Source: Yuukianura sp. NJ FZ-2021 | Lineage: Eukaryota | Assembly: GCA_046563655.1 (NCBI GenBank) | Contig: CM102290.1 | Location: forward strand, 7,936,001 to 8,000,000 | Length of the DNA stretch: 64,000 nucleotides | Direction: 5' to 3' | Part shown: positions 26,585-38,981 of the stretch, in pieces | How positions within the stretch are numbered: position 1 is the first letter of the stretch | Layout: each line of letters begins with the position of its first letter | Position numbers and translations under genes: made by a program | Notes under the pieces: model-generated | Told to the model about the DNA's origin: nothing | Seen by the model: the letters and a program-made list of their open reading frames with translations, nothing else | The model's database searches: none

Positions 26585-29500
26585 TCACTTTCTGCCGGGT
26601 GATTGATCCGACGTGAAGAATCGTCCTTCGTCAACGGCTGCCAATGCATTTTTGTAGTCACACGAGTGGGACAGTCCCGCATTTACAAAACATGTCCGCT
26701 TTGCCCTATAAATAATTTTCAAAAATATTGTTTGAGTAACAAAATTTCTTATGAAAAGAATATACTAGTTTTCTTTCAAGAATTTAGACCAAGCTGCGAT
26801 TTCAAAAACACGAAATTTGTATTGAAACTAGACTTGCGCGTGAAATATTTCTACTAACTAAGATTATGCGGATGATTAAAATTGTATTAAAACTTTCAGA
26901 GATTGCTGCCAATTTATGAAGCATAGACAATGGGAGAGAGTGCATGTATCAAAAATTTGGACAACGTTAAACTAAACGGACCGTTTCTCAATGTCGGTCA
27001 TTAGAGGTTCTCAATGTTAAGAGCATCCTAGAGTGCTTGTGTATCAAAATTAATGAATTGGACGCTTTTAGACGTCTACCTACGCTCTTGATGGGTTTTT
27101 ACAGACGTCCATCAATTTCCAAAATGACTCTATATCCTCCTACGTTTAGTCCAAAAACCATCAATAATTTTCTGTGAAAGTATGAAAATCTAAACCACAA
27201 TCTTAAAAAAACTTTGCATTATAATCGTTTACTTTGCAAAACCTACGTCATGCCTATTCTTACATGAGTGTCATTCATTGAATAATGGTGAAAGCTGTCC
27301 CTTCGTCCTACGGTGTCAAATCCTCCACTCCATTGTTCCTTTTATTGACAATTGTCGCTTTGAACAACCAGAAACCAATTTGTTCCAGTACACTTCATGT
27401 GGTGAATAGATTGTTTCCAGGATAAACAAATCCAGACACACTTACAGTCTGCATTTAACAACATTTGCAAAAGAAAGTTGACAATGGAAGTGTCCACTTC
27501 AAATGTTTCTTTGGAGTGAATGTATTTCTTCTTTCAACATTCCTAGTCAAATTCATTCTGATTTTAGTAAGGTTTTCCTTCTGTCCAAACTCAATCACAA
27601 GTTAGGCAAAGCATTTAAAAGTTCAATTTGTTGATGAAATTCATTCAGAATATTTTAGATGAATTTTCAATAAGTAGTTTTTTTTATTGGAATCATAGTA
27701 AGTCTTCTTCAAATTTCGTACTTTGAACTTTTTTGCTTGTTAGGCTAATATTTGAACGAGGAAATAAGGTTGAGGTTAATAGAGCGAAGTAACTTTCATA
27801 TCCTTTTCCAACTAACGCCCATCATCATCAATCCCTTATGCAAAACCAAAATCGTAAAGTTTTCTTAGATTTTGAAAATATGGATTTCAAAATTGGCGGG
27901 TTTCGGGTTCTGCTAATAATGTGCCGTTTTTATACAAAAATACTGATAATTTTTTTTATTTTTAAGCAGATTTTCTTTCAAGTAATAAAGCTACCTACGC
28001 TACGCTGTCAGAACATTAAAATACTTGATATTTTTGAAAATTTTTGAAGCCTTCAAAAATTCACCAGTAATTGCAAAAGACATTCCCGACTTTCTAAATT
28101 TAAAATTCATGGATGGCTTAAAATTTGAAATCTCAGGACATTTGGAGTAGTGTTGGTTTTGACACTTCTAATTACTACGAGTCCATATCGTGTCATGTTA
28201 TGTCACAAAAGTCACATTTTTCCCAAGGATTTTATGACAAATGTAACAATTTGAAATGAAGAGTACAACATCAATGCAACTTTAGGAAAAGGTGTGACCT
28301 TTGAATAGAAAAAAAAACAATAAGGCTGTATGGCGTCACCAGAAAATCAATTGGATTAAAATTTTAAGAGAAAAACTAAAAACTTCCAAGTTTTTTTTGT
28401 ATGTCACACAAAACTTAGTGAGTTAAGTTGGCAAGGCTTAAGAAGTTTTCACACTAACTTTTAATTAAATTAATGTAATTACGACTTAAATTTCTCTCAA
28501 CCTTACCTTTGTGAGGCCTTAACTTTTCTTCAAATGTTGAACTGAGTAAGCAGTTTTTGAAGCTCTCAAACATGATCTCAAGCGTATATTGTCAAAGAGT
28601 TAGGTGATTTGGGTCTGAATCAGTGTAATCTTAAGATTCTTTGATCTTCTCGTAAGTATGTTCGTAACTAAAACTTGGGAATTAGTTTGTTCTGAAGTGG
28701 ATCTTAAGGAAAGGCGCTTAGGCTATAGTACTTACACGCAGAAAACAACAGGTAGAGTGAAAGAGAAAGAGAAAGCATTAATAATCCTAATGTATCCTAA
28801 TAACTGGGAATTAGACTTACTTTATCCTTTCGTTGAGATTTGGATCCTGGGATAAGTTCTGGAGCCATGACAGGAGGTAGAGACGCATTCTGAAACCAAG
28901 TCAATGTCACATCATCCATGTTCAAATTGGACTCATTAAGGGCCCTGACTAATCTTTAGGTCAGGTCCCTTGGGGAAATAGAGCCCTTGGAATTTGAACC
29001 ACGATACTCCTCTTTCTCATTACACAAATTGAGATTACGCGCAACTTTCACGTCATCTATACGATGTCGTACATGGTTTATAAAATTTATGAAATATTTT
29101 TTATTAAAAAAAGTTTTGAATTTTGTGCTATCCGACCTAAAAGTTAATTTGTCAGGCTAGAATTTTAAGGCCAAAAAGTTTTTCAACTAAAACGTAACTT
29201 ACGTTAACCGCGGCTTAACCTAGATCATGTTTTGATTTGCTCGAACCTTTGCAGTCCACAGATAATTTCTTAAGTTTGACCTAAAGCGTTGTGTTTCTGG
29301 ACATCGGTATCAGCGTATTGACATCTTTTTAGTAAGTAGGTCAGGATTCGAAGCTTTTTGACTATTAAAACATAATGTTTTGGTTTAACTTCGTTTTAAT
29401 TTTTTTCATGAAAACTGGATTTGGAGATACATTAAGCTTGGATGCAGCTGCTGCTACTATGTAGTGGCCCATAATCCAAATATTTGAAACCTAAATGGCC

Positions 29501-30085
29501 TCAGCATCGCCGTAGTCCAGACACTACAACTGAACATGGATTGGCCTAAAACTATCTGGCAGGGTGAAAGTATTTTCTCCGAACTAATACTAAACTTTAT
29601 AGAGTTTTTTTTTGTGCAAAACATACAAATTTTATGGAGAAGATTATTTTAGGAAATAGAAAGTTGGAAGTAGTAGTGTGGAGATCTTGGATTAGTTTTT
29701 TATAAAAATGCTTATAACAATATACTAACTAGGTCTAATACTGTCCAAATCCTGGGTTAGAGTGGGAGTGACATTTTTTATTCCAAATGTTGTTTTGTAT
29801 GAAACAGATCTCGGATTTTCCTTAGGGTTGAGATATTTTTTAACAAGAACAACTCCGGTTATTTTTTGTGTACAAAGTATCGTCTGACCTGAGTTCCTCA
29901 AGGGTAGGCTGATGGGGCTGGTCAAGCTCCTTGGCTTGCATCTCCTGTGGACGCTGAAATTGGATTTCGTTGGTTCCATCGGACTGCATGGGGTATGCGA
30001 AGATGCCGGGAGACATGGAAGCAATTAGGAAGTAGCCCGAGATGACAACGACCAGACCCAGCGTAGTACTTGAGCTCCCTTTCAT
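26585..30085 (-). CDS. Calcitonin-type neuropeptide precursor, 128 aa. Exons 30085-29889, 28889-28821, 26705-26585
   Basis: Signal peptide MKGSSSTTLGLVVVISGYFLIASMSPGIFA; two phase-2 GT-AG introns join in frame (387 nt total); the last exon encodes KR-TCFVNAGLSHSCDYKNALAAVDEGRFFTSDQSP-GRK*, i.e. an N-terminal disulfide ring and a C-terminal Pro-amide. Confidence 0.85.
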
Positions 30086-30263
30086 TTTTTCCACGTTTTC
30101 TTCGAGGATGGACTACTTGAAGCACGTTGACAATTAAATACCTTGTTTGACTTCTGAAAAAAAGATGCTAGTTTGGAACCTAATCTGTCGCTGGAACGTG
30201 GAAGGAGTGGAAGCGATCACCGTTGTGATGTAACTTAGACCTCCAGCCCCAACTACCCTCCGC

Positions 30264-30272
30264 TTTATATAA
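30264..30272 (-). promoter_or_regulatory. TATA box of the calcitonin-type gene
   Basis: TATATAAA on the minus strand in a GC-richer promoter-like context, ~180 bp upstream of the ATG. Confidence 0.55.
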
Positions 30273-32584
30273 GCCTGAGCCAGGCTTAGAGGCGGTGGGC
30301 CCGCTACTTTTTCAGCGTCGTTTTCTGCTTTGTATAACCCACCTCCAGAAGCCGGAACAGACTTAAGCTCCAGCGATCCATCCAGAATGGCCACCACCTG
30401 GACAAGCCCTGTATTAGCAAATCATCAACGCCACACACTCCTCTCCCCACTTTTTCCATTCACAATTAAATTGAGACCCACCGCCTACGTAGTTACTACC
30501 GACTCTTCAAAACTCGTGCCATATCAATCTCGCCCTAATGCTTTGTCGACGTTTTTCGGTTTTTTTTTTGCGTTTTCAAAAAATAGAGCGCAAATCCCTC
30601 ACATTCATTCAATTTTAGGGGGTGGGAAGATACTGTCATTGGCGGTGGGGCGCATTAGGTCACCCGAAATCGAATCTCATAGGATTGCAAGGTTCTTTGA
30701 CAACCGAATTGTATTTCCTACAACAGGTTGTCCAATAACTCTGGGTTTCCAAAAATAATCTTACTGCAAACAAATTTCTGCAAAAATTCTACATCAATTT
30801 TGTTAATGCTTCTTCCCCAAATTTTCTCCACACTTTGAACACTTAATAATCTTATAGGCATAAAAAAAAAGTTAAAAATTTGTACAGAAAGGAACCTGGT
30901 TCATTTTGAAAATTTTGGCAAAAAATTGAAAACTTATTGTAGAAAAAGTTTTTTCTGTACGAGCTTGGTTGGATTGGATCCAAAACTCCTTTCAAAAATT
31001 TCGTGCATCACGCGGTGGCAGGTATCCAGGCATGTCATGAAATTTGAAAAAAAAAAATAGAAAATGGACTACTGGGAAAGCGACAGTTGTTTTTTTTTCT
31101 GAACGTTGACGCCTTGTGATTAATATTTGAAATTATTTCCACTTTTCACAATGTCATAAACTAAACTCTATGTTATTTCAAATTCAAATCAGTAAATACT
31201 TAATTAGATTTGGAAAGAGCATGACTAACTGTGACCCGCAAAACCATGAAATTTGGAATGTTAAACAAATATTAGGATGAAAGCAGAATGTAATATGTTA
31301 CGGATTTGGAAGCGGAAAATTAATACGTGGCTTATGGAACCAAATAATAAAGCCATCCGGATTATTAATTTTGGACAAACTTCTTGCTAATGAAACGGCA
31401 TACGGACTGCTTACTTTTGGCTTACGTTCTTGTTAACTGTAAAACTGGTCTACAATGTTTGTTTGTTCAGTTGAACTTGAAAACTGGCGATATTAGTTAC
31501 AACTTTTGGGAGTATTTACTTCTACCTCCTGCTTTTACAACTTTCTCTGTGTTTGTTGTTTCCGGCACAGGACAAATCTTGACTTTCTGTGTTTAAATAT
31601 GTATGGTACTAAAAGTTTCCTAAAGTGGAAACTGCTAAAAAGACTTAACACACCAGTGATAACGTCAAAAACAACAACGATGCAGCAAAACAAGACCAGC
31701 AGTCAACTGTCAAGTCATAACTTTAGTGTTATTCAACGACGTCAACTTTCACTGTCCAAATTTTCCTGGAGTCGGACTTTGCCCTGAACAAAATCTTTCG
31801 CTTAATCATTGTTGAAGGTCGTATTACGTAGAAAATGGAAAAGACGAATGACATAACTCCATAGAGACTATGCTAATTTTCAACTTCACTTTCGCAAATT
31901 CCTCACTTTCTCTTTACTTTCTAGCATTCTAAGGATACTATAAAGCTCTCTAGAAGTAGAAAGCGTCTAGAACCTCCACAAATTCGGGATTTAGCCAAGT
32001 AAAATCAATTATTCAAATACGCTTCATCAGTTTTGTTAAAAAACGGAAGACAGGTAGAGAAAGTCCTATTCTTCCAAATACACTTTCTCCCTTCTGTCAG
32101 CATTCTTTCAATAATAACTATAACCAAACTAGAAGGATTTCAAGTTTTCAAGCAGGTTAATCAAAATGTATTATATGGAAACTCCGGCAGGATTAAAAAC
32201 AACTTGGATTGTTCCTCATACTTTTACTTTGCACAGTTTTCACAAGTATTATTTCCAAAAGTGAAAGCTTTCACTTAGACCATGGAAAAGTAGCTGGATT
32301 TGAAGGGGATGTGACACGAGAAGAATGGGCTTTTCAAAGGGATTTCCAAAAGTTGATGAAGTTTTGTCTCTGGTGTTACAACTGCTGGTGCTCCGTGGAT
32401 ATGAAATCAATCTGGCTTGACTTTCTCAGGAAATTTATTTTAAAAAGACATTAGGCTTTTTTAAATTGACTTTTTGGAACTGAAGCTTATATTAGATGCT
32501 TAAGGTAAACAACAACATATCCAAGTTCACTTTCTTTTCTTTTCTTTTGGATTAGTTTTTTTCTGAGAAAAGCAATATGAAATT

Positions 32585-32827
32585 CTGGAGGATTCGGGAT
32601 GCTGCGCACTCGCACTCGGTTCCATACTATTGTGTCAATTGAATTGCATCAACTGACATTCAATCAACACAATTGTGTCTACTAGAATTTTATAAACGCT
32701 CAATTGTGTCAACGAACATACACAATCCTAACCTAACATTAATTCAGCATTTTATACGTTGACACAATTAGCCGTTTACACAATTGAGTAGTTGGAATTT
32801 GGAATTTCGCCTGCGAAAATCCTCCAG
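32585..32827. mobile_element. Small MITE-like element
   Basis: Outer inverted repeat ctggaggatt / aatcctccag; internal (aattgtgtcaa)/(ttgacacaatt) inverted repeats around a cctaacctaac core. Confidence 0.5.
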
Positions 32828-33958
32828 TGAGTTATCGGAATTACGCCTTCAGAAAAATTTAGTTTCAATTTCGAATATAATTACTTTTGTTTTAACAACC
32901 GAAACACATCGTGCTTTGGAATTTCACGAAAATACGTAATTTCAAACAGCATCCGAACAAAGTCTCGTCCAGAAAGTTTTGCATTGTCTACACTAGGCAC
33001 AAAGCCTGATTTCAAGAACATTAAAGTTTGCTGTTTTTTTTTGGAATTTGTGTTACTAAATAAATGGAAATATAAGAGACGAAAAATATGGATGACCTTG
33101 TAAAAGATTGCATTGCCTGAGAATCACAGTGTGAAGAATCCAATCAGGAGTAAATTTTTACACGTAAATTCACTTTAGGAAATGAGAAATGTTCACGATT
33201 CTGCTTTCTCTACTTTACCTGAAACGAGGGTTTACCTCAACTTCGTTCAAAGGAGGTGAAGCAAGGATAATTTCTGGAAAATTCGATCATAGAAAGGAAG
33301 ATTTTGACTCGCATTATGTTTAGAATATTTTCAGAAGCGGCAGCAATATCATTGTGTACTTTGCAAAATTTTGAAAAGAAGCTGAAAACTTAAAATTGAG
33401 AAAGTTTCAGTCCTTTATACAGTACAACTAAACATGGGTTGCATTGTTCCTTTCAAACCATTTTAGCCCGTAAACTCTCTCCAGCAGATGCTTGAGGCCT
33501 TCCAAGGCCCAGTGTATTTCTTAGGATGACGATAATTCTTATTAATTAATTAATTAATTAATAATTATTATTAATTAACTTATTTAGCCAACTGCTGAAT
33601 GTTATCAACGTTTTGTTTCAAACGTTCCAAAATTTTGCCAATAAACGCCCAGCTCTGATGAATCGGGTGACTCATGCTGACGTAAAATGAACGAACTTGT
33701 TTCATCACTTTTTCACCGGCCACGAGGAATTGACAGGGGATCATCTGTTTTCTACTTTAAATTTAAAGTTTAATTAAGGTTAACTTTAAATTTAGCATCG
33801 GGCGGAGATACAGGAAATCTACTTGATTAATCACCAGTTAAAAGAATCGAGAAATAAGGTACACTGAGTACTGATTTACTTGTACACGGATAGAACGGAG
33901 AACGGACTGAGAAAGTTAAATTTTTTGTTTGCCATTGTTCTTCAGGTCGAAAACAACA

Positions 33959-36900
33959 ATGGATCTGGAGCGTAAAAGTAATCAGAAGTTGGACTATATA
34001 AAATCAATTGAAGATGGAATTGGGAAGCTTTGGGAAGTTGAAAAGATGGGAGAGGCCAACGCAGTATCCAATGAAAATGGAGAAGTCAAAAAATTCTTCA
34101 CTTGCTTCCCATATCCATACATGAATGGAAAACTGCATCTTGGACATACATTTTCTCTGTCCAAATGCGAATTTATGATCCGGTACAAGAAAATGCAAGG
34201 ATATGAGGCGATATTTCCTTTTGGATTTCATTGTACCGGTATGCCAATCAAGGCATGCGCTGACAAGTTGGCAAGAGAAATGGAGCTGTACGGAAATCCA
34301 CCAAACTTTCCCAGCGAAGGGGCGAGTGCTGCCGACGCGTCGAATGAACAAGACGATGAGGTTGTAATCATGGATAAGTCTAAGGGGAAGAAGAGCAAGG
34401 CTGTCGCTAAATCTGGAGGAGCCTTGTACCAATGGGAAATTATGCGCAGTCTCGGTATTCAGGATGAGAAGATTCCTGCGTTCGCGAATACAGAAACATG
34501 GCTGGAGTACTTTCCGCCGCTGGCTGTCAATGATCTCAAAAGAATGGGAATTTATGTAAGTACGGCTTTTTATAAATGTGGAAAAGACACTAATTAAGCT
34601 TTTTTAAAAACTTCCATTGACAATTTTGTTTATAGGTTGACTGGCGAAGATCCTTTATTACAACAGATGTAAATCCGTACTACAACAGCTTTGTTCAGTG
34701 GCAGTTCAAGACGTTGAAAAAGCGAGGGAAAATTGAATTCGGCAAACGCTACACAATTTTCAGTATTGTGGACAAGCAACCGTGCATGGACCATGATCGA
34801 TCAACTGGTGAGGGCGTGGGCCCGCAGGAGTACACTTTGGTGAAACTGCAACTCGTGGAGCCTTATCCAGAGCCTTTGAAAGACAAAGTTAACAAGGACG
34901 ACAAAATTTTCCTGGTTTGCGCCACGCTACGTCCAGAAACCATGTAAGACGAAAAATTCTGGAGTTTCAACGAAATCGAAGTGAAAGTCATTCATGGAAA
35001 CTTTTTTCTAGGTACGGACAAACCAATTGCTGGGTACATCCAGACATTGTTTACCAAGCTGTACGGAATTTGAAAGGAGAGATATTCATTGGGACCAAAC
35101 GCTGCTTCCGGAACATGGGTTGTCAAGATATCGTCGACAGTAACATTCCCCCAGTTGCATTACTGAAAGGAAGTGAATTAATTGGAGCACCACTTTCAGC
35201 TCCATTGACTTCCTATAAAGTCATTTACGCATTACCAATGCTAACCATCAAGGAAACCAAAGGTACAGGCGTTGTTACTTCTGTCCCATCAGACTCTCCT
35301 GATGACTACGCTGCCCTCACCGACTTGAAGAACAAGAAGGCATTTCGAGAGAAATATGGAATTCTGGATAACATGGTTCTTGACTATGAGCCAGTAAGTT
35401 GCCACTTTATGATTAGCTGTTTACAACACTTTCCATTTTCTGAGCATCACGTGAATTTTTGCAGATTAGTGTCCTCAGTATTCCTGGACTCGGAGACATG
35501 GCAGCAGTTGAGGTGTGCAAAGACATGAAGATTCAGAGCCAAAATGACACCGAGAAACTGCGTGAAGCCAAAGAGAAAGTATATCTTCGTGGATTTTATG
35601 AGGGGGTCATGACCATCGGGCCTCATATGGGCAAAAAAGTTCAAGAAGTCAAGAAACTCGTACAGGAAGAGTTGATTAGTTCAAATCAGGCAATTTTATA
35701 CTACGAACCAGAGAAATCCGTCATGTCCAGGTATTTTATTTTGATGCTATCCAGTAAGAATTTCTGCTTATGTTAAGTATTATTTGGACTTTAACTTCTA
35801 CTTGTGTTTATAGGAGTGGCGATGAATGTGTTGTTGCTCTCTGCGACCAATGGTACTTGGACTATGGAAATAAGGAATGGAAGAGTCAGGCAAGGGCTTC
35901 CCTGGATAACATGAACCTGTATCATGAAGAAGTAAAAAAGAACTTCAACGCAACATTAGACTGGTTACACGAGCATGCGTGTTCAAGACTGTATGGGCTC
36001 GGCACTCGTCTCCCTTGGGATGAACAATGGCTAATTGAGTCTCTATCAGATTCAACAATTTACATGGCTTACTACACGATCAAGCACATTCTCCAAGGCG
36101 AGGGACTTTTACAACACTCTGGTCCTGTCCCGTAAGTTTTTGGACGCATACAAGCTACTAATAAGTTCGATTGGAATGTTGATGCTTGTAAAACGTCGTT
36201 CGATTTCATTGTTTGATTAGAGTTGAAGCACTAACGGACGAAGTTTGGGATTACATCTTCTTTACCGGAGCAAAATATCCAACTAATTCAACAATTGACA
36301 AGGAAATACTAGAGAGGGCTCGGAAGGAGTTTCAGTTTTGGTATCCAGTGGATCTGAGGACCTCTGGAAAAGATTTAATTCAAAATCACTTGACTTACTT
36401 CATTTATAATCACATTGCCATTTGGGAAAATGAACCAAAAATGTGGCCTCAAGGAATTCGGGCTAATGGTCACCTTTTGCTCAATTCGGAGAAGGTAACT
36501 GTAACATACGAACAACTTGCAAGGTCAAACATTCAAACTCTTTATGTTTTTCATTTTCTACAGATGTCTAAGTCAACTGGAAACTTCATGACGCTGACGG
36601 AAGCATTGGACACATTCGGAGCTGATGCCATGCGTGTATCTCTGGCGGATTCTGGAGATGCAATTGAAGACGCGAATTTTGTCCTCTCTGCTGCTGATAA
36701 TGCTATTCTTCGGCTGTACAATGTGATTGAATGGACAAAAGAAATTATGGGTGATGTGAAATCCCTGCGCCAGCAACGATCTACCGAATTTGATTTCCAA
36801 GATAGTTACTTTGAAAAGTAATTAGTCAAATTCATTTGATTTTAGTTTGGATATTCTCCTAATCCTTGGTTATTTTTATTCAGTTTGATGCATTCTCTGG

Positions 36901-37847
36901 TCGAGCAGGCTACAACATACTACGAGAATATGGAATTCAAAGAAGCACTAAGAACTTCATTCTTTGAAATGCAAAGTGCCCGCGATACTTATCGTGAGTT
37001 GGTTGGACACGAGAATATGCTAGCCGAACTCGTATTGGAATTCATTGAACTACAAACCCGAATTTTGGCTCCAATTTGTCCTCACATCTCCGAATACATT
37101 TGGAGGGATGTCATGGCTCGCGTACATTGTTACAAATTCTGCTGCAACTCTACTTGCAAGCACTCGGTTTTTAATTGAACTTTCTATTTGGTTTAGGAAG
37201 GCTCAGTGTTTGCAGCAGGTTGGCCTGCTGTGAAGAAAGTTGACACCGTGGCACTACATTCTGGAAACTATTTTCTTCAAGCTGTTCATGGCTTCCGTGT
37301 CCGCCTCACTACGTTTGGGAAAGGAAAGAAGAAAAGTGCAAAGGCTGTTGCCATCGAGAAGCCCACAGCAGGCACTATTTGGATAGCAAAAGACTATCCA
37401 CCATGGCAGCGTATCGTTATTGATCACCTAGTTGAAGAATTGAAAGCATCGTCAACGATTGACAACAAGAAAGTTGCTGCTGCTCTTGCTCGAGTCGAAG
37501 GTCTGAAGAAGCATCAGAAAAAGTTATGCCATTTGTACAGAGAATCAAAGAGAGAATCGACCAGGACGGGAATGCAAACGGACTCAAAGGCGTTCTGGAG
37601 TTTGATGAAGCGGAAGTTCTTACACGGAACTTATCATACCTAACGTCTACTTTGGACGTAAGAGTAAAACTTTTAGAAGTGCACTTTTAGAAGCCATTGT
37701 AACTGACTCCTAACGGTAATTTTCTATTTCCAGTTGAAAACACTTGTAATTCGACCTGTGGATGAAGCGGAAGAGAATATCCGGGAAGAATGCTGTCCTG
37801 GAAAGCCGTTGATTATGTACACATCCGATGAACCCGTCTTAGCATAA
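33959..37847 (+). CDS. LARS1: Cytoplasmic leucyl-tRNA synthetase. Exons 33959-34555, 34636-34943, 35012-35393, 35465-35730, 35814-36131, 36221-36494, 36564-36817, 36884-37121, 37197-37657, 37734-37847. Apparent 1-nt deletion in the A-run at 37518-37522
   Basis: [13 protein letters not shown] (HIGH motif); CP1 editing [20 protein letters not shown] split across an intron; C-terminal ECCPGKP. Confidence 0.95.
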
Positions 37848-38003
37848 ACAATTGTGAAGAACAAGCTGAGAAGTACTCTCAGTTGAAACTTTCTAAAGAA
37901 ATACATACGAATTAAATCAATACATGCATATTACAACACTTACAAATGCTACAGTATTTATTACACTACACCATTCTCATAAAACTATTCGTCTTCCTTG
38001 TAG

Positions 38004-38560
38004 GAGGCCCAGTTAGTTCAATTTTAGTGGACATCCTAAACGAAATCCAAGGAAAGAGTTTTACAATTCAGGATTTCAAAGACACTTCTTTCTTCGTCTC
38101 AGCCATGGAAATTTGTCGTTACCACTTACAAGATTTAGACTTGGCTAACCGATTGAACCAACTCCTTCATATCGGCGATAACTACGATCTAATCGGAGAT
38201 TCCTATAAGGAATCTGTGTACTAGTGAGTTTGAGTTACATGATAACTGTTTTTCATACAGAATAGCTTGTTTTTAAAACTTTGCTTATTTTTCAGTCGAC
38301 ACTTTATGGGGCTGAAATGCATTTCCGAACCGCTGGACACCTTTATGGAATTTTATGATACGTTTGTTCCGAATATCTACACTCCAGAGCCGCAGATCAT
38401 TGAGGTAAGAGGCTACTTTTCCGACGTTGAGTAACTGAATGCTAACAAACTCGTACATTTCTAGGAAATTTTAAAATCTGTTCAAATCAATGAGGGATTT
38501 GAGCACATTCCTCGTATTTGGTCTGACATGATCATCTTTGAGCAAACACATCGAGATTCG
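38004..38560 (+). pseudogene. PTCD3: PTCD3 (mS39) internal/3' exons, copy 1 (38004-38223, 38296-38404, 38465-~38560); no upstream PTCD3 exons and C-terminally truncated
   Basis: GPVSSILVDILNEIQGK...DTSFFVSAMEIC...LIGDSYKESVYYRHF...VPNIYTPEP...IPRIWSDMIIF; recognisable homology fades after about 38560-38650. Confidence 0.8.
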
Positions 38561-38981
38561 AGAAGCTCTCGTTACACTTCTTGTTGCCATTATTATTCAC
38601 AAAAAAACCAACAACTCAAAAAGTGCCACTGCGGCCTAACTTCTAGTTAATTTAAGGTACACTTTTCAACATTTAGTAAAAAAAAACGTATATTGAAATG
38701 GACTACGTTAATGTTAATATTATCAACACAGCACGGTGAAGTCATTATGGTACTTACAAAATTTTTTTAACAATTAATCAGTCAAGTACAAGATTATGAA
38801 ATTTTTTCTTTTTTTATATAAATTCAGTAATCAATCAAATATTATTGATTACAATACGTTTTTTGACAATCGAGAAATTATAGCTAGCATTTTAGCTCAT
38901 GATTAGCATTGGATTGCATAAATTATTTCAGTTGAGATTTGTGTGTTTTGTTTAGACGTGCTTGTTGCGTAGTATTGACTG

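Noticed and set aside
28630..28730. Alternative terminal exon of the calcitonin precursor just after exon 2
   Set aside because: Phase-compatible acceptors give only short tails (NLSAFP*, NYEHTYEKIKES*) with no cleavage or amidation signals.
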